From contig CAVTVA010000003.1 of NCBI GenBank assembly GCA_963738185.1, positions 128,076 through 192,075 on the forward strand: a DNA stretch of 64,000 nt, read 5' to 3'. A program made the position numbers and the translations under genes. The stretch comes from an uncultured Alphaproteobacteria bacterium. Lineage in GTDB: Bacteria > Pseudomonadota > Alphaproteobacteria > ATCC43930 > CGMCC-115725. The stretch's first letter is position 1; each line of letters starts with the position of its first letter. The notes under the pieces are model-generated. The model was not told the DNA's origin. It did not search any database and saw only the letters and a list, made by a program, of their open reading frames with translations. Below, piece by piece: positions 53,966 through 62,978 of this stretch.

Positions 53966-54280
53966 TCAGCGGCGGGTCACGCTCGCGACCAGAAATCCGA
54001 CGGCAAAGGCGATCGCCAGGCTGGTCAGCGGGTTGTGCTCGACCTGCTCGGAGACGGTGCCGACCGCGCGCTCGCTTTGCGCGCGCAATTCCTTGGCCAT
54101 TTCGGTCGCGCGCTCCTGCGCCGTCTGCGCCCATTGCTCGCTCGCCTGCGTCAATTCGCGGATCGACTGCGAGGCCTGCTCGACCACCGAGCGCAATTTC
54201 TCAACCGCCTCGGTCGCCTGACTAAAGCCGAACCCGCCACCACTGCCGTTGCCGCTGCTCTCGCGCTTTTCCTCCGACAT
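53966..54280 (-). CDS. DUF883 (ElaB/YqjD/YgaM-like) C-tail-anchored protein
   Basis: Start ATG 54280 (GAGGA 9 nt upstream). Helical Q/E-rich region. C-terminal NPLTSLAIAFAVGFLVASVTRR membrane anchor. Confidence 0.7.
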   Translation of the reverse strand: MSEEKRESSGNGSGGGFGFSQATEAVEKLRSVVEQASQSIRELTQASEQWAQTAQERATEMAKELRAQSERAVGTVSEQVEHNPLTSLAIAFAVGFLVASVTRR

Positions 54281-54503
54281 GGGATTTGTCCTCATAAGGT
54301 TGCGTCACCCGAGATCACGTCGGAAAACGCTCCGCCCGCTGAAACGCTCCGCACCCCGTCCCCATGACCTGCGGCGCCGCCCCCCTCCTGTGGCTCACTC
54401 CTTAAAGGCGACCCACATGAGACGACAAGACGCCTCAAATTCGCTTTGCGCGGGCTTGACCCGCGCATCCACGTCTTCTCTTTCGGCGCCCAAAGGCGTG
54501 GAT

Positions 54504-54522
54504 GGCCGGGTCGAGCCCGGCC
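54504..54522. repeat. REP hairpin ggccgggtcgagcccggcc
   Basis: Perfect 7-bp arms, preceded by cgtggat as in the 11756 and 17341 copies. Confidence 0.6.
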
Positions 54523-54539
54523 AAGACGAGGCCAAGGGC

Positions 54540-54697
54540 GCGGTTTCCGATCAAATTGCAGCGCGCTCACCCCCTCCCAAGCCCTCCCCCATCAAGGGGG
54601 AGGGGCCTCTGTCAGCACTCCTATTTGCACTCCCGCCACCTCGATGGGGGCGGGTCGGGGTGGGGGTGATGCGTGCCGAGTGCGTCGATTCGGTCGA
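54540..54697. repeat. Inverted-repeat copy B (~158 bp)
   Basis: The reverse complement aligns base-for-base with 52972..53125, apart from a handful of substitutions that I counted by eye but did not compute. Confidence 0.85.
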
Positions 54698-54766
54698 AAA
54701 CCGCTCTAACGCACATTGAACATGTCCCCCTGGCGTTCCTTGTGCTCTGGCATCGCCTCCCAAGGG

Positions 54767-55627
54767 TTAAGAATTGGCGCCGGCGAGCCAGGTCTCGCAG
54801 CAGCCTTTGGCCAGCGCGCGGACGCGCAGGATGTAGGCGGCCCGTTCGGTCACGCTGATCGCACCGCGCGCGTCGAGCAGGTTGAACAGGTGGCTCGCCT
54901 TCAGGCACTGGTCATAGGCCGGCAAAGCGAGCCCGCGTTCGAGCACGGCGCGGCACTCGCGCTCGGCATCCTCGAAATGGCGGACCAGGCGCGCGGTGTC
55001 GGCGATCTCGAAATTATAGGCCGAGAATTCCCGCTCGGCGCGCCGGAACACCTCGCCGTAGGTGATCCGGCCAGGGCCGGCAACGCCGTTGTAATCGAGG
55101 TCGAACACGCTCTCGACGCCCTGCACATACATCGCCAGCCGCTCGAGCCCATAAGTCAATTCGGTCGAGACCGGATCGCATTCGATGCCTCCGACCTGCT
55201 GGAAATACGTGAACTGGCTGACCTCCATGCCGTCGAGCCACACCTCCCAGCCAAGCCCCCAGGCGCCGAGGGTCGGGCTCTCCCAATCATCCTCGACAAA
55301 GCGGATGTCGTGCCGGCGCGCATCGATGCCGATCGCGGCGAGGCTCGCCAGATAAAGCTCTTGGCTGTCGCGCGGCGCCGGCTTGAGGATCACCTGCAGC
55401 TGATAATATTGCTGCAGCCGGTTCGGGTTTTCGCCGTAGCGGCCGTCGGTCGGCCGGCGCGACGGCTGGACATAGGCGGCGCGCCACGGCTCGGGCCCTA
55501 GCGCGCGCAACGCCGTCGCCGGGTGAAAGGTGCCGGCGCCGACTTCGAGGTCGTAGGGCTGCAGGATCACGCAGCCCAGACCCGCCCAATAGCGCTGCAA
55601 TTCGAGGATCATCGCTTGAAAGCTCAC
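54767..55627 (-). CDS. glyQ: Glycine--tRNA ligase alpha subunit
   Basis: [37 protein letters not shown]...[32 protein letters not shown]...[22 protein letters not shown]. Start placed at GTG 55627, just before SFQ as in other GlyQ proteins. The ORF-track ATG 55708 would overlap the upstream gene by 56 nt. Confidence 0.88.
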   Translation of the reverse strand: MSFQAMILELQRYWAGLGCVILQPYDLEVGAGTFHPATALRALGPEPWRAAYVQPSRRPTDGRYGENPNRLQQYYQLQVILKPAPRDSQELYLASLAAIGIDARRHDIRFVEDDWESPTLGAWGLGWEVWLDGMEVSQFTYFQQVGGIECDPVSTELTYGLERLAMYVQGVESVFDLDYNGVAGPGRITYGEVFRRAEREFSAYNFEIADTARLVRHFEDAERECRAVLERGLALPAYDQCLKASHLFNLLDARGAISVTERAAYILRVRALAKGCCETWLAGANS

Positions 55628-55652
55628 GGCCCGCGCCCCCAAGCTGCCGCGG

Positions 55653-55880
55653 TCAGCGCGGCTGCGGGCAATCGGGCCGGGCGCAACCCGGCGCCTGCCC
55701 CGAGACATAGGCGCCGCACACCCCGCAGGCGACCAGATCCTCCGCCGGGATCGCCCGTTGCCGCGGCGCCCCCCGGCGCCGGCGCGACAGTTCGCGGGCC
55801 GGCCCGTTCAGCCAGCGATAGGCGATCCACACCGCCCCGAACACCAGGATCAGAACGACCAGCTTTGGCAGCTCGAACAT
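55653..55880 (-). CDS. Small membrane-anchored Cys-rich (zinc-ribbon-like) protein
   Basis: 75 aa. N-terminal [23 protein letters not shown]. Arg-rich linker. C-terminal [20 protein letters not shown]. Strong GC3 bias. Confidence 0.55.
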   Translation of the reverse strand: MFELPKLVVLILVFGAVWIAYRWLNGPARELSRRRRGAPRQRAIPAEDLVACGVCGAYVSGQAPGCARPDCPQPR

Positions 55881-56161
55881 CGCCGAGGTTTAGCGGTCCG
55901 GTGCAAGCCGGGTCAAGAAATGCCCGCGCGCGAGGGCCAAACGTCTCAGCCTTGCTGACCGCAACCTCGCCATATTCATAGACCGCGCCCGGCAGGTAAC
56001 CCTCGACACCCGGCCGCCCGTTGCGGAGAGTTGTGAACAGCGCCTATCGCCCGGCAATAGAGATGTTGAGGGCCGGCGCGAGGCCGACCAACGGGCGTTG
56101 GGATGGCGGTCCGGCGCGCACCGTTTCGGACCAGCAGGGTGTCACGAGTGCGGAGAGGGGC

Positions 56162-57337
56162 ATGACCTTCACATTGACCGAGGACCAGCAGGAGATCCGC
56201 GAGGCGGTGGCGCGGGTGTGCACGCGGTTTGGCGACGATTACTGGCTTGCGAAGGACACCGAAGGCGGCTTTCCGCACGAATTCCACCGGGCGATGGCCG
56301 AGGGCGGCTGGCTCGGCATCGCGATGCCGCCGGAATATGGCGGCAGCGGGCTTGGCATCACCGAGGCGGCGGTGCTGATGCAGGCGGTGGCGCAATCGGG
56401 CGCCGGATTTTCGGGCGCCTCGGCGATCCACATGAACATCTTCGGGCTGCACCCGGTCGTCGTTTTCGGCGACGAGGAGCAGAAGCGCCGCTTGCTGCCG
56501 CCCTTGATCGCCGGCCGGGAGAAAGCGTGCTTTGCGGTGACTGAGCCCGATGCCGGGCTCGACACGACGCGGCTCCAGACCCGCGCCGAGCGCCATGGCG
56601 ATGGTTACGTGATCTCGGGGCGCAAAATCTGGATCTCGACTGCGCAAGTCGCCGAAAAGATGCTGATCCTGGCGCGCACCACGCCGCTCGAGGAGGTGGC
56701 GCGCCCCTCGCTCGGCATGACCTTGTTCTACACCGATCTCGACCGCAGCAAGGTCGAGGTGCGCGAAATCCCGAAGATGGGCAGGAAGGCGGTCGATTCG
56801 AACATGCTGTTTATTGATGGGCTTGAAGTGCCGGCGCAGGACCGCATCGGCGAGGAGGGCAGGGGGTTCCACTACATCCTGCACGGGATGAACCCGGAGC
56901 GCATCCTGATCGCCGCCGAGGCGGTCGGGCTCGGCCGCGCGGCATTGGCGAGGGCCGCCCATTATGCCGGCGAACGGGTCGTCTTTGGCCGGCCGATCGG
57001 GCAGAACCAGGGCATCCAGCATCCGCTCGCCGAACGCTGGATCGAGCTTGAGGCGGCCGAACTGATGGTGCTGCGCGCGGCCGCTGCCTACGACCGCGGC
57101 GAGGCGGCGGGCGAGGTCGGCGCCTATGCCAACGCCGCCAAATACTGCGCCGCCGAAGCGGGGTTCCGCGCCTGCGAGACCGCAATCATGACCCTTGGCG
57201 GCATGGGCTATGCGCGCGAATACCACGTCGAGCGCTATTTCCGCGAAATCCAGATCGCCCGCATCGCCCCCGTGAGCCCGCAGCTGATCCTCTCCCACAT
57301 CGCCGAGCGCGTGCTGGGATTGCCAAAATCGTATTGA
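56162..57337 (+). CDS. Acyl-CoA dehydrogenase
   Basis: Start ATG 56162 (GGAGAGGGG upstream). CFAVTEPDAGLD, ISGRKIWIS, GRPIGQNQGIQHPLAE, GGMGYAREYHVERYFRE. 391 aa. Confidence 0.9.
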   Translation: MTFTLTEDQQEIREAVARVCTRFGDDYWLAKDTEGGFPHEFHRAMAEGGWLGIAMPPEYGGSGLGITEAAVLMQAVAQSGAGFSGASAIHMNIFGLHPVVVFGDEEQKRRLLPPLIAGREKACFAVTEPDAGLDTTRLQTRAERHGDGYVISGRKIWISTAQVAEKMLILARTTPLEEVARPSLGMTLFYTDLDRSKVEVREIPKMGRKAVDSNMLFIDGLEVPAQDRIGEEGRGFHYILHGMNPERILIAAEAVGLGRAALARAAHYAGERVVFGRPIGQNQGIQHPLAERWIELEAAELMVLRAAAAYDRGEAAGEVGAYANAAKYCAAEAGFRACETAIMTLGGMGYAREYHVERYFREIQIARIAPVSPQLILSHIAERVLGLPKSY

Positions 57338-57449
57338 AGCGGCTGCAGGCGACGCGTTCGAGCGTCGAGGCGAATCCTAGACATGGTCCACACCTCCAAA
57401 CGGCGATAATAGCACGAGGTACCGAAATTCGCAAATTTACCTTCCACTT

Positions 57450-57535
57450 GTCATTGCGAGGAGCCCACAGGGCGACGTGGCAATCTCGGTCAGCTTTAGC
57501 CTTATGCGGGACCAGATTGCTTCGCTGCGCTCGCA
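57450..57535. repeat. REP elements of the gtcattgcgag / gattgcttcgc family
   Basis: gtcattgcgaggagc...cgacgtggcaatct and cagattgcttcgctgcgctcgca. Same family as 50346..50487. Confidence 0.55.
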
Positions 57536-57598
57536 CATCTCTTTGCTTATGCTGCGAATTTCTGGCTCGGATACGAGCGGGCGAGCAGGGGATTGAAT

Positions 57599-58417
57599 AT
57601 GGTGCAAGAAAAGACCTTACGGGTGGCGGTCGGCGGGTTTGGGGCGATCGGCAGGGTCGTCGCTCTGCGCCTCGACCAGGGGATCGAGGGGTTGGCCTTG
57701 GCCGCGGTGTCGGCGCGCGATGTCGCGCGGGCCGCGGCGGCAATGGCCGGGTTCCAGCACCCTGTGCCGGTGGTCCCGCTCGGGCGGTTGTGGGAAGCGG
57801 CCGACATCATCGTCGAATGCGCGCCGGCCGCGGTGCTGCGCGAGATCGCCGAGCCGGCGCTGGAGCATGGCCGCCGGCTGATGGTGCTGAGCTGCGGCGC
57901 GCTCCTCGACAATTTCGATTTGGTCGAGCTGGCGCGCCGCCATGGCGGGCGCATCCTGGTGCCGACCGGGGCGTTGCTCGGGCTCGACGCGGTGGCGGCG
58001 GCGGCCGAGGGCGACATCGCCACGGTGCACATGGTCACGCGCAAGCCGCCGGGCGGGCTCGCCGGCGCGCCCTATCTCGCGCAGCACGCCATTTCGATTG
58101 ACGGCATCGCGGCGGCAAAACGCGTGTTCGCCGGCAGCGCGCGCGAGGCGGCCCGCGGCTTTCCGGCGAATGTCAACGTGGCCGCGGCCTTGGCCTTGGC
58201 CGGGATCGGGCCGGATCGCACGAGTGTCGAGATCTGGGCCGACCCCGGGGTTACCCGCAACACCCATCGGATCGAGGTCGAGGCCGACGCGGTGCGGCTC
58301 TTGATGCAGATTGAGAATGTGCCGTCCGCGGAAAACCCGAAAACCGGGCGGCTGACCCCGCTGTCGGTCGTCGCGGCGCTCAAAAAGCTCACGAGCCCGC
58401 TCGCGGTCGGCACCTGA
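57599..58417 (+). CDS. nadX: L-aspartate dehydrogenase
   Basis: LRVAVGGFGAIGRVVA (NAD fold), VECAPAAVLREI, LVPTGALLGLDAV, FPANVNVAAALALAG, THRIEVEADAVRL. AGGGGA RBS before ATG 57599. Confidence 0.8.
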   Translation: MVQEKTLRVAVGGFGAIGRVVALRLDQGIEGLALAAVSARDVARAAAAMAGFQHPVPVVPLGRLWEAADIIVECAPAAVLREIAEPALEHGRRLMVLSCGALLDNFDLVELARRHGGRILVPTGALLGLDAVAAAAEGDIATVHMVTRKPPGGLAGAPYLAQHAISIDGIAAAKRVFAGSAREAARGFPANVNVAAALALAGIGPDRTSVEIWADPGVTRNTHRIEVEADAVRLLMQIENVPSAENPKTGRLTPLSVVAALKKLTSPLAVGT

Positions 58418-58428
58418 CAGGCGGCCCG

Positions 58429-59337
58429 TCAGCGCGGGACCAGCAGCAAATTGTGAGCATCGCCTGGGCGGAACGGCGGGGCGGCGGCGACATATACCGG
58501 CCAATCGGCCTCGGCCATGCCAAAATCGAGCAGCACTCCGAGCATCTCATAGCCGAGCCCGGCGAGTTGGTCGCAGATCGCCCGGCGGTCCCCCGCGCCC
58601 TCGTGCCCGGTCTCGATGACCAATACCGGACGAAACCGCGCGAGGGTCGCGGCGGCGCCGTCAAGCAGTAGCCGCTCGTGGCCTTCAACATCGATCTTGA
58701 CTAAATCGAGCCGGTCGAGGCGGTGCTCGTCGGCGAGCGCATCAAGGCGGCGCAGCGTCACGGTAGCGACTTCGTGCCCGGCCGCGGCGGCGCCGATATG
58801 GGCGGTGCCGGTATCGGCACGCGCCGAGGTCACCAATGGCATGGCGAGTTCGGCCTCGCCGTCATGGTCGCCGAGGGCGCAGCGGATGAGCTCCACCTGG
58901 GCGAGCGCGTTGGCGGCAAGCGTCCGGCCGAGTGCCATGGCCGCGCGCGGCGCCGGCTCGATTGCCAGCACCCGGCCGTCCGGTCCGACCCGGCGGGCGA
59001 GCGGCATCGTCCATTCGCCGAGATTGGCGCCGACATCGATCGCCACCCCGCCCGGCGGCAGAAACCCTCGCACCGCCGGGTGGATTTCCGGCGGATGCAA
59101 GAGCGCATGCCGCCCACGCGCATCGAGCGGGTGCGGCACATAGACGAGGTCGCCATTGCGGTGCAGCGCGAACCCGCCGGGCCATTCGCGCTCGAGCCGG
59201 GACAGCAGCCGCTTTTCGCGCCAGCGCCGCAGCAGCCGTGCCGTCGGCGCCTCGGGCTCGCCCGGCGGGCGCAATTTCCACAGTGCCTTTAGGAGCGCCA
59301 TCAGCGGGCGCAGATCGCCGGGATCGGTCGCCGCCAC
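58429..59337 (-). CDS. FkbM-family methyltransferase
   Basis: VAIDVGANLGEWTMPLARRVGPDGRVLAIEPAP, LDRLDLVKIDVEGHE. GTG start at 59337; ATG 59301 is an alternative. Confidence 0.75.
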   Translation of the reverse strand: MAATDPGDLRPLMALLKALWKLRPPGEPEAPTARLLRRWREKRLLSRLEREWPGGFALHRNGDLVYVPHPLDARGRHALLHPPEIHPAVRGFLPPGGVAIDVGANLGEWTMPLARRVGPDGRVLAIEPAPRAAMALGRTLAANALAQVELIRCALGDHDGEAELAMPLVTSARADTGTAHIGAAAAGHEVATVTLRRLDALADEHRLDRLDLVKIDVEGHERLLLDGAAATLARFRPVLVIETGHEGAGDRRAICDQLAGLGYEMLGVLLDFGMAEADWPVYVAAAPPFRPGDAHNLLLVPR

Positions 59338-59377
59338 GATGCCTTGCCCACAATGCCTTGCCCACGATGCCTTGCCG
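59336..59377. repeat. 14-bp tandem repeat x3 (ac[g/a]atgccttgcc[c/g])
   Basis: Read directly. Abuts the FkbM start codon and lies 60 nt upstream of pncA. Confidence 0.8.
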
Positions 59378-59436
59378 CCAGCGGGCTTCGATGCCGATAT
59401 GTGTTATCGGGCGGATGACCGATCGGCGAGGGAAAA

Positions 59437-60063
59437 ATGACCCGAGGCTTGGACCCGCCGGGCGAACGCGATGTGCTGGTGATTGTCGATGCGCAGAACG
59501 ATTTTTGCCCCGGCGGCGCGCTCGCGGTTCCCGAGGGCGACGCGATCGTCCCGACGGTCAACCGGCTTGCCGCGGGCTTTCCCCATGTCGTCTTGACCCA
59601 GGACTGGCATCCCCCGGGGCACCTGTCGTTTGCCGGCGCGCATCCCGGCAAGCGGCCTTTCGAGACTATCGAGGTGGCTTACGGGAGCCAGATTCTGTGG
59701 CCGGAGCATTGCGTGCAAGGGACCGCGGGGGCGGCGTTTCATCCCGACCTCACGGTGCCGCACGCCGAACTCGTGCTGCGCAAGGGCTTTCGGCGCGAGA
59801 TCGACTCCTATTCGGCGTTTCGCGAGAACGACCGGACGACGCCGACCGGGCTCGCCTCCTATTTGCGCGAGCGCGGCTTCGAGCGTGTGACACTCGCCGG
59901 GCTCGCCACTGATTTTTGCGTGCTCTATTCGGCGCTCGATGCGCGCGCAGCCGGGTTCGAGGTCGTCGTTGCGGCCGATGCCTGCCGGGGCATCGATCTC
60001 GACGGCTCGCTCGCCCGCGCGCTGCGGGCGATGGCCGCGGCCGGGGTGAGAGTGCTCGGCTAG
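59437..60063 (+). CDS. pncA: Nicotinamidase / pyrazinamidase
   Basis: VLVIVDAQNDFCPGGALAV, VLTQDWHPPGHLSF, DSYSAF, LAGLATDFCV (catalytic Cys). GAGGGA RBS. Confidence 0.88.
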   Translation: MTRGLDPPGERDVLVIVDAQNDFCPGGALAVPEGDAIVPTVNRLAAGFPHVVLTQDWHPPGHLSFAGAHPGKRPFETIEVAYGSQILWPEHCVQGTAGAAFHPDLTVPHAELVLRKGFRREIDSYSAFRENDRTTPTGLASYLRERGFERVTLAGLATDFCVLYSALDARAAGFEVVVAADACRGIDLDGSLARALRAMAAAGVRVLG

Positions 60064-60491
60064 ACCCGGCGCGGCAACGACCGGCGCTCGACCTGAAAGG
60101 TGGGCTGCCGTCGCGGCGCCGGCCGCGGCGCAAACTCCGTGCCCGCATCCTCGTTCGCGCTGTCGCGGGTTGCTGGCCGCGGCGCAGTGCGGCGAGGTGC
60201 CGCATGATCCCGCATCGGCTTTTTTCGGGCCGGGCGCTCGCTGATCCGCACATCGATATTGTGCCCGTCGATCGCGGCGCCGTTCATCGCCTCGATCGCG
60301 CGCTTGGCAGCGCGCTCGGTGGCGATGTCGACAAAGCCGTAGCGCAGCCGTTTGCCGGTCGCCGGATCGCGGGCGACAAAGGCGCTCAACACCATCCCGT
60401 ACGGATCAAAGGCTTCGGCCAGCTGATCGTCGGTGAAGTCCGGCGGCAGGTTTGCCACGAACAGATTGCCCCGGAAATACTGCAGTCTCAT
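60060..60491 (-). CDS. RRM (RNP-1) RNA-binding protein with Arg/Pro-rich tail
   Basis: Start ATG 60491. RNP2 LFVANLP, RNP1 RYGFVDI, then a ~60-aa R/P/A-rich tail. The upstream 197 codons of ORF 60060..61082 are antisense shadow of the deacetylase gene. Confidence 0.75.
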   Translation of the reverse strand: MRLQYFRGNLFVANLPPDFTDDQLAEAFDPYGMVLSAFVARDPATGKRLRYGFVDIATERAAKRAIEAMNGAAIDGHNIDVRISERPARKKPMRDHAAPRRTAPRPATRDSANEDAGTEFAPRPAPRRQPTFQVERRSLPRRV

Positions 60492-60705
60492 CTCGCGCCC
60501 ACCCTTTGCGGCTCGGCCGTCCCACCGGTTAACGCCGAGCCGAGGATGTCGGGTGCGCGCCAGGGAGGCGGAATGCTGACTTTGCATCGCTGCATTGCAC
60601 AAGGGGCGCGCTGTGCCGGCCGGGCCCGATCCCCGCGGCAATGCTTGCGCGCCGATCCGCGCGGCGCGACAGTGGGGAGTCTTTTTTGGCGCATCCGGAG
60701 CACGC

Positions 60706-61581
60706 ATGATCCCGCGCAAGCGCAGCACGTTTTCGGCGATCATCGACCGGCCGCCGCTCGAATTGCCAGGGCGCGCCCGCATCGTCGTGTGGACCATCGT
60801 CAACCTCGAATACTGGTCGATCTCGCGGCCGATGGCGCGCCAGGTGCTGCCGGCCCCGACCGGCCAGGTGCTGCTGCCCGACCTGCCCAACTGGGCCTGG
60901 CACGAATACGGGATGCGGGTCGGGGTGTGGCGCTTTTTCGAGCTGTTCCGCCGCCTCGGGGTCCGCCCGACCCTGTCGATCAACGCGCGGGTTTGCGAGG
61001 AATACGAGCGCGTCGCCGGCGCCGCACGCGATGCCGGTTGGGAATTCATGGGCCATGCCTGGGAGCAGATGCCGATCCACAAGGTCGAGGATCAGGCGGC
61101 GATGATCGCCAAGTCACTCGACGTGCTGGAGCGGTTTGCTGGCAGCAGGACGAGGGGTTGGCTCGGCCCAGGCCTGACCGAGACCTACGAGACGCCGGAG
61201 CTCCTGGCGGCGGCCGGGATCGAATACATCGGCGACTGGGTCTATGACGACGAGCCGACCGAGATCCGCACCAAGCGTGGCCCGCTCGTCACCCTGCCCT
61301 ATTCGGTCGAGCTCAACGACATCCCGATGATGCTCGTCCAGCACCATGAATCGCGCTACTTCACCGAGCGCTGCATCGACAGCTTCGAGCGGCTCTACGA
61401 GGAGGGGGCCGAGCGGGCCAAGATCATGGCGATCGCGATCCATCCCTACATCAGCGGCCAGCCGCACCGGATCAAATACCTCGAAGCGGTCTACGACCAT
61501 ATCAGCCGCTACGCCGGCGTGCTGCATTGGAACGGGGTCGAGATCCTCGATTGGTACAATGCGGCGCGAGCCGGGCGATGA
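60706..61581 (+). CDS. Polysaccharide-deacetylase-fold protein (PuuE/allantoinase-like), paralogue 1
   Basis: Start ATG 60706 (GGAG upstream). RIVVWTIVNLEYW, PNWAWHEYGMRVGVWR, GWEFMGHAWEQ, GWLGPGLTET, AIAIHPYISGQPHRIKYL. Confidence 0.75.
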   Translation: MIPRKRSTFSAIIDRPPLELPGRARIVVWTIVNLEYWSISRPMARQVLPAPTGQVLLPDLPNWAWHEYGMRVGVWRFFELFRRLGVRPTLSINARVCEEYERVAGAARDAGWEFMGHAWEQMPIHKVEDQAAMIAKSLDVLERFAGSRTRGWLGPGLTETYETPELLAAAGIEYIGDWVYDDEPTEIRTKRGPLVTLPYSVELNDIPMMLVQHHESRYFTERCIDSFERLYEEGAERAKIMAIAIHPYISGQPHRIKYLEAVYDHISRYAGVLHWNGVEILDWYNAARAGR

Positions 61582-62517
61582 CCAACCGTGAGATGACTGG
61601 CGCAAAGACGATCATGCTGCCGACCGAGCGGCTCGACTATTCGCCGATTGCCGGGCGCCGCCCATTGCATTTGCCGGATGGGGCGCGGATGGCGGTGTGG
61701 GTCATCGTCAATGTCGAGGAATGGGACCCGCGGGAGGCGATGCCGCGCACCGTGCTGACCCCGCCGGCGGGTGGGGCGCCGATGCCCGACATTCCGAACT
61801 GGGCCTGGCACGAATACGGCAACCGGGTCGGGTTCTGGCGCATGCTCGAGGCGTTGGACGAAGAGCGGGTGCGCGCGGTGCTGGCGATCAACGGCTCGGC
61901 CATCGCCCGCTATGAACCCGATTGCCCGCGCGGCGCTCGACCGCGGCTGGGAATTCATCGGCCACGGCTTCAGCCAGAAGAACATGCAGAAGGTCGCCGA
62001 CGAGCGGCTCGACATCCGCAAGACCGCGGCCGCGATCCGCGCCGTCACCGGCAAGAGCCCGCGCGGCTGGCTCGGCCCCGGCCTGACCGAAACCTGGGAG
62101 ACCCCGGATCTGCTGGCCGAGGAAGGCTACGACTATGTCTGCGACTGGGTGCTCGACGACGAGCCGGTGCGGCTCAAGACCCGCACCCGGCCGATCGTCA
62201 ACCTGCCCTACACCCAGGAATGCAACGACGTGGCGATGATGCTGATCCAGCATCACAAGGCCGGCGAGTATTACGACCGCGCCATCGACCAGTTCGAGCA
62301 GATCCATCGTGACGCCGCCCGTTCGGCCCGCATCATGGCGCTGGTCGTGCACCCCTACATCATGGGGGCGCCGCACCGGCTCAAATATTTCCGCAACGCC
62401 CTCTCTCATATCGGTGCTCATCCTGATGTGGTGTTCTGGACCGGCGAAGAAATCCTCGACTGGTTCTTGTCGGCCGACCAAGAGGAGCTCGGGCGCGCAA
62501 GTGCGCTTCGCCAGTAG
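61578..62517 (+). pseudogene. Polysaccharide-deacetylase-fold paralogue 2 with one +1 frameshift
   Basis: The ATG overlaps the paralogue 1 stop (ATGA). First frame: MTNREM...RMAVWVIVNVEEW...PNWAWHEYGNRVGFWR...INGSAIARYEP. Extra g at ~61920. Second frame: IARAALDRGWEFIGHGFSQ...GWLGPGLTET...LVVHPYIMGAPHRLKYF. Colinear with paralogue 1 across the junction. Confidence 0.7.
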
Positions 62518-62978
62518 CGAACCCGATCTCGCCCCAACCTCACGACGACGGAGGAAACGCGGGTGACCGGCAGGTATTGTTTCACTGATCGGCAGCGGCA
62601 GAGCCCTGCGGAACGGTATCCCTCGTCCTAATTAGAAGCGCCTGGTTGCATTTCGTTCTTGTCGCCCGCGTTTTGCCCTGTGAGCGCGACACGCGATGGC
62701 GTAAGGTCGCTGGAATAATCAAAGAGCAGATAGGGGATAGATGAGCATTTCCCCACGGGCGTGCGTGCGGCGGCCGGCGACGCCTATGTCGACGTGCCGA
62801 AAATGCTCGCCATCCTCATTCAGACCGAGATTCATGCGGGGGCGCGGGTGGCGGCGGCCCGCTGTGCCGACCGGCGGGCTCGCGGCTCCTGCCGCCCGAC
62901 GCGAAAATCTTAACCAGATCATCACCGGTCCGGTGGTCTTATGCGGGAGACGTCGGGAGGGGCTGAGAGGATAGGGCA

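Noticed and set aside
52972-54697. Calling the inverted-repeat-flanked queC/DUF883 segment a transposon.
   Set aside because: There is no transposase, integrase or recombinase gene inside or next to it, and I cannot identify target-site duplications by eye. It is reported only as a structural observation.
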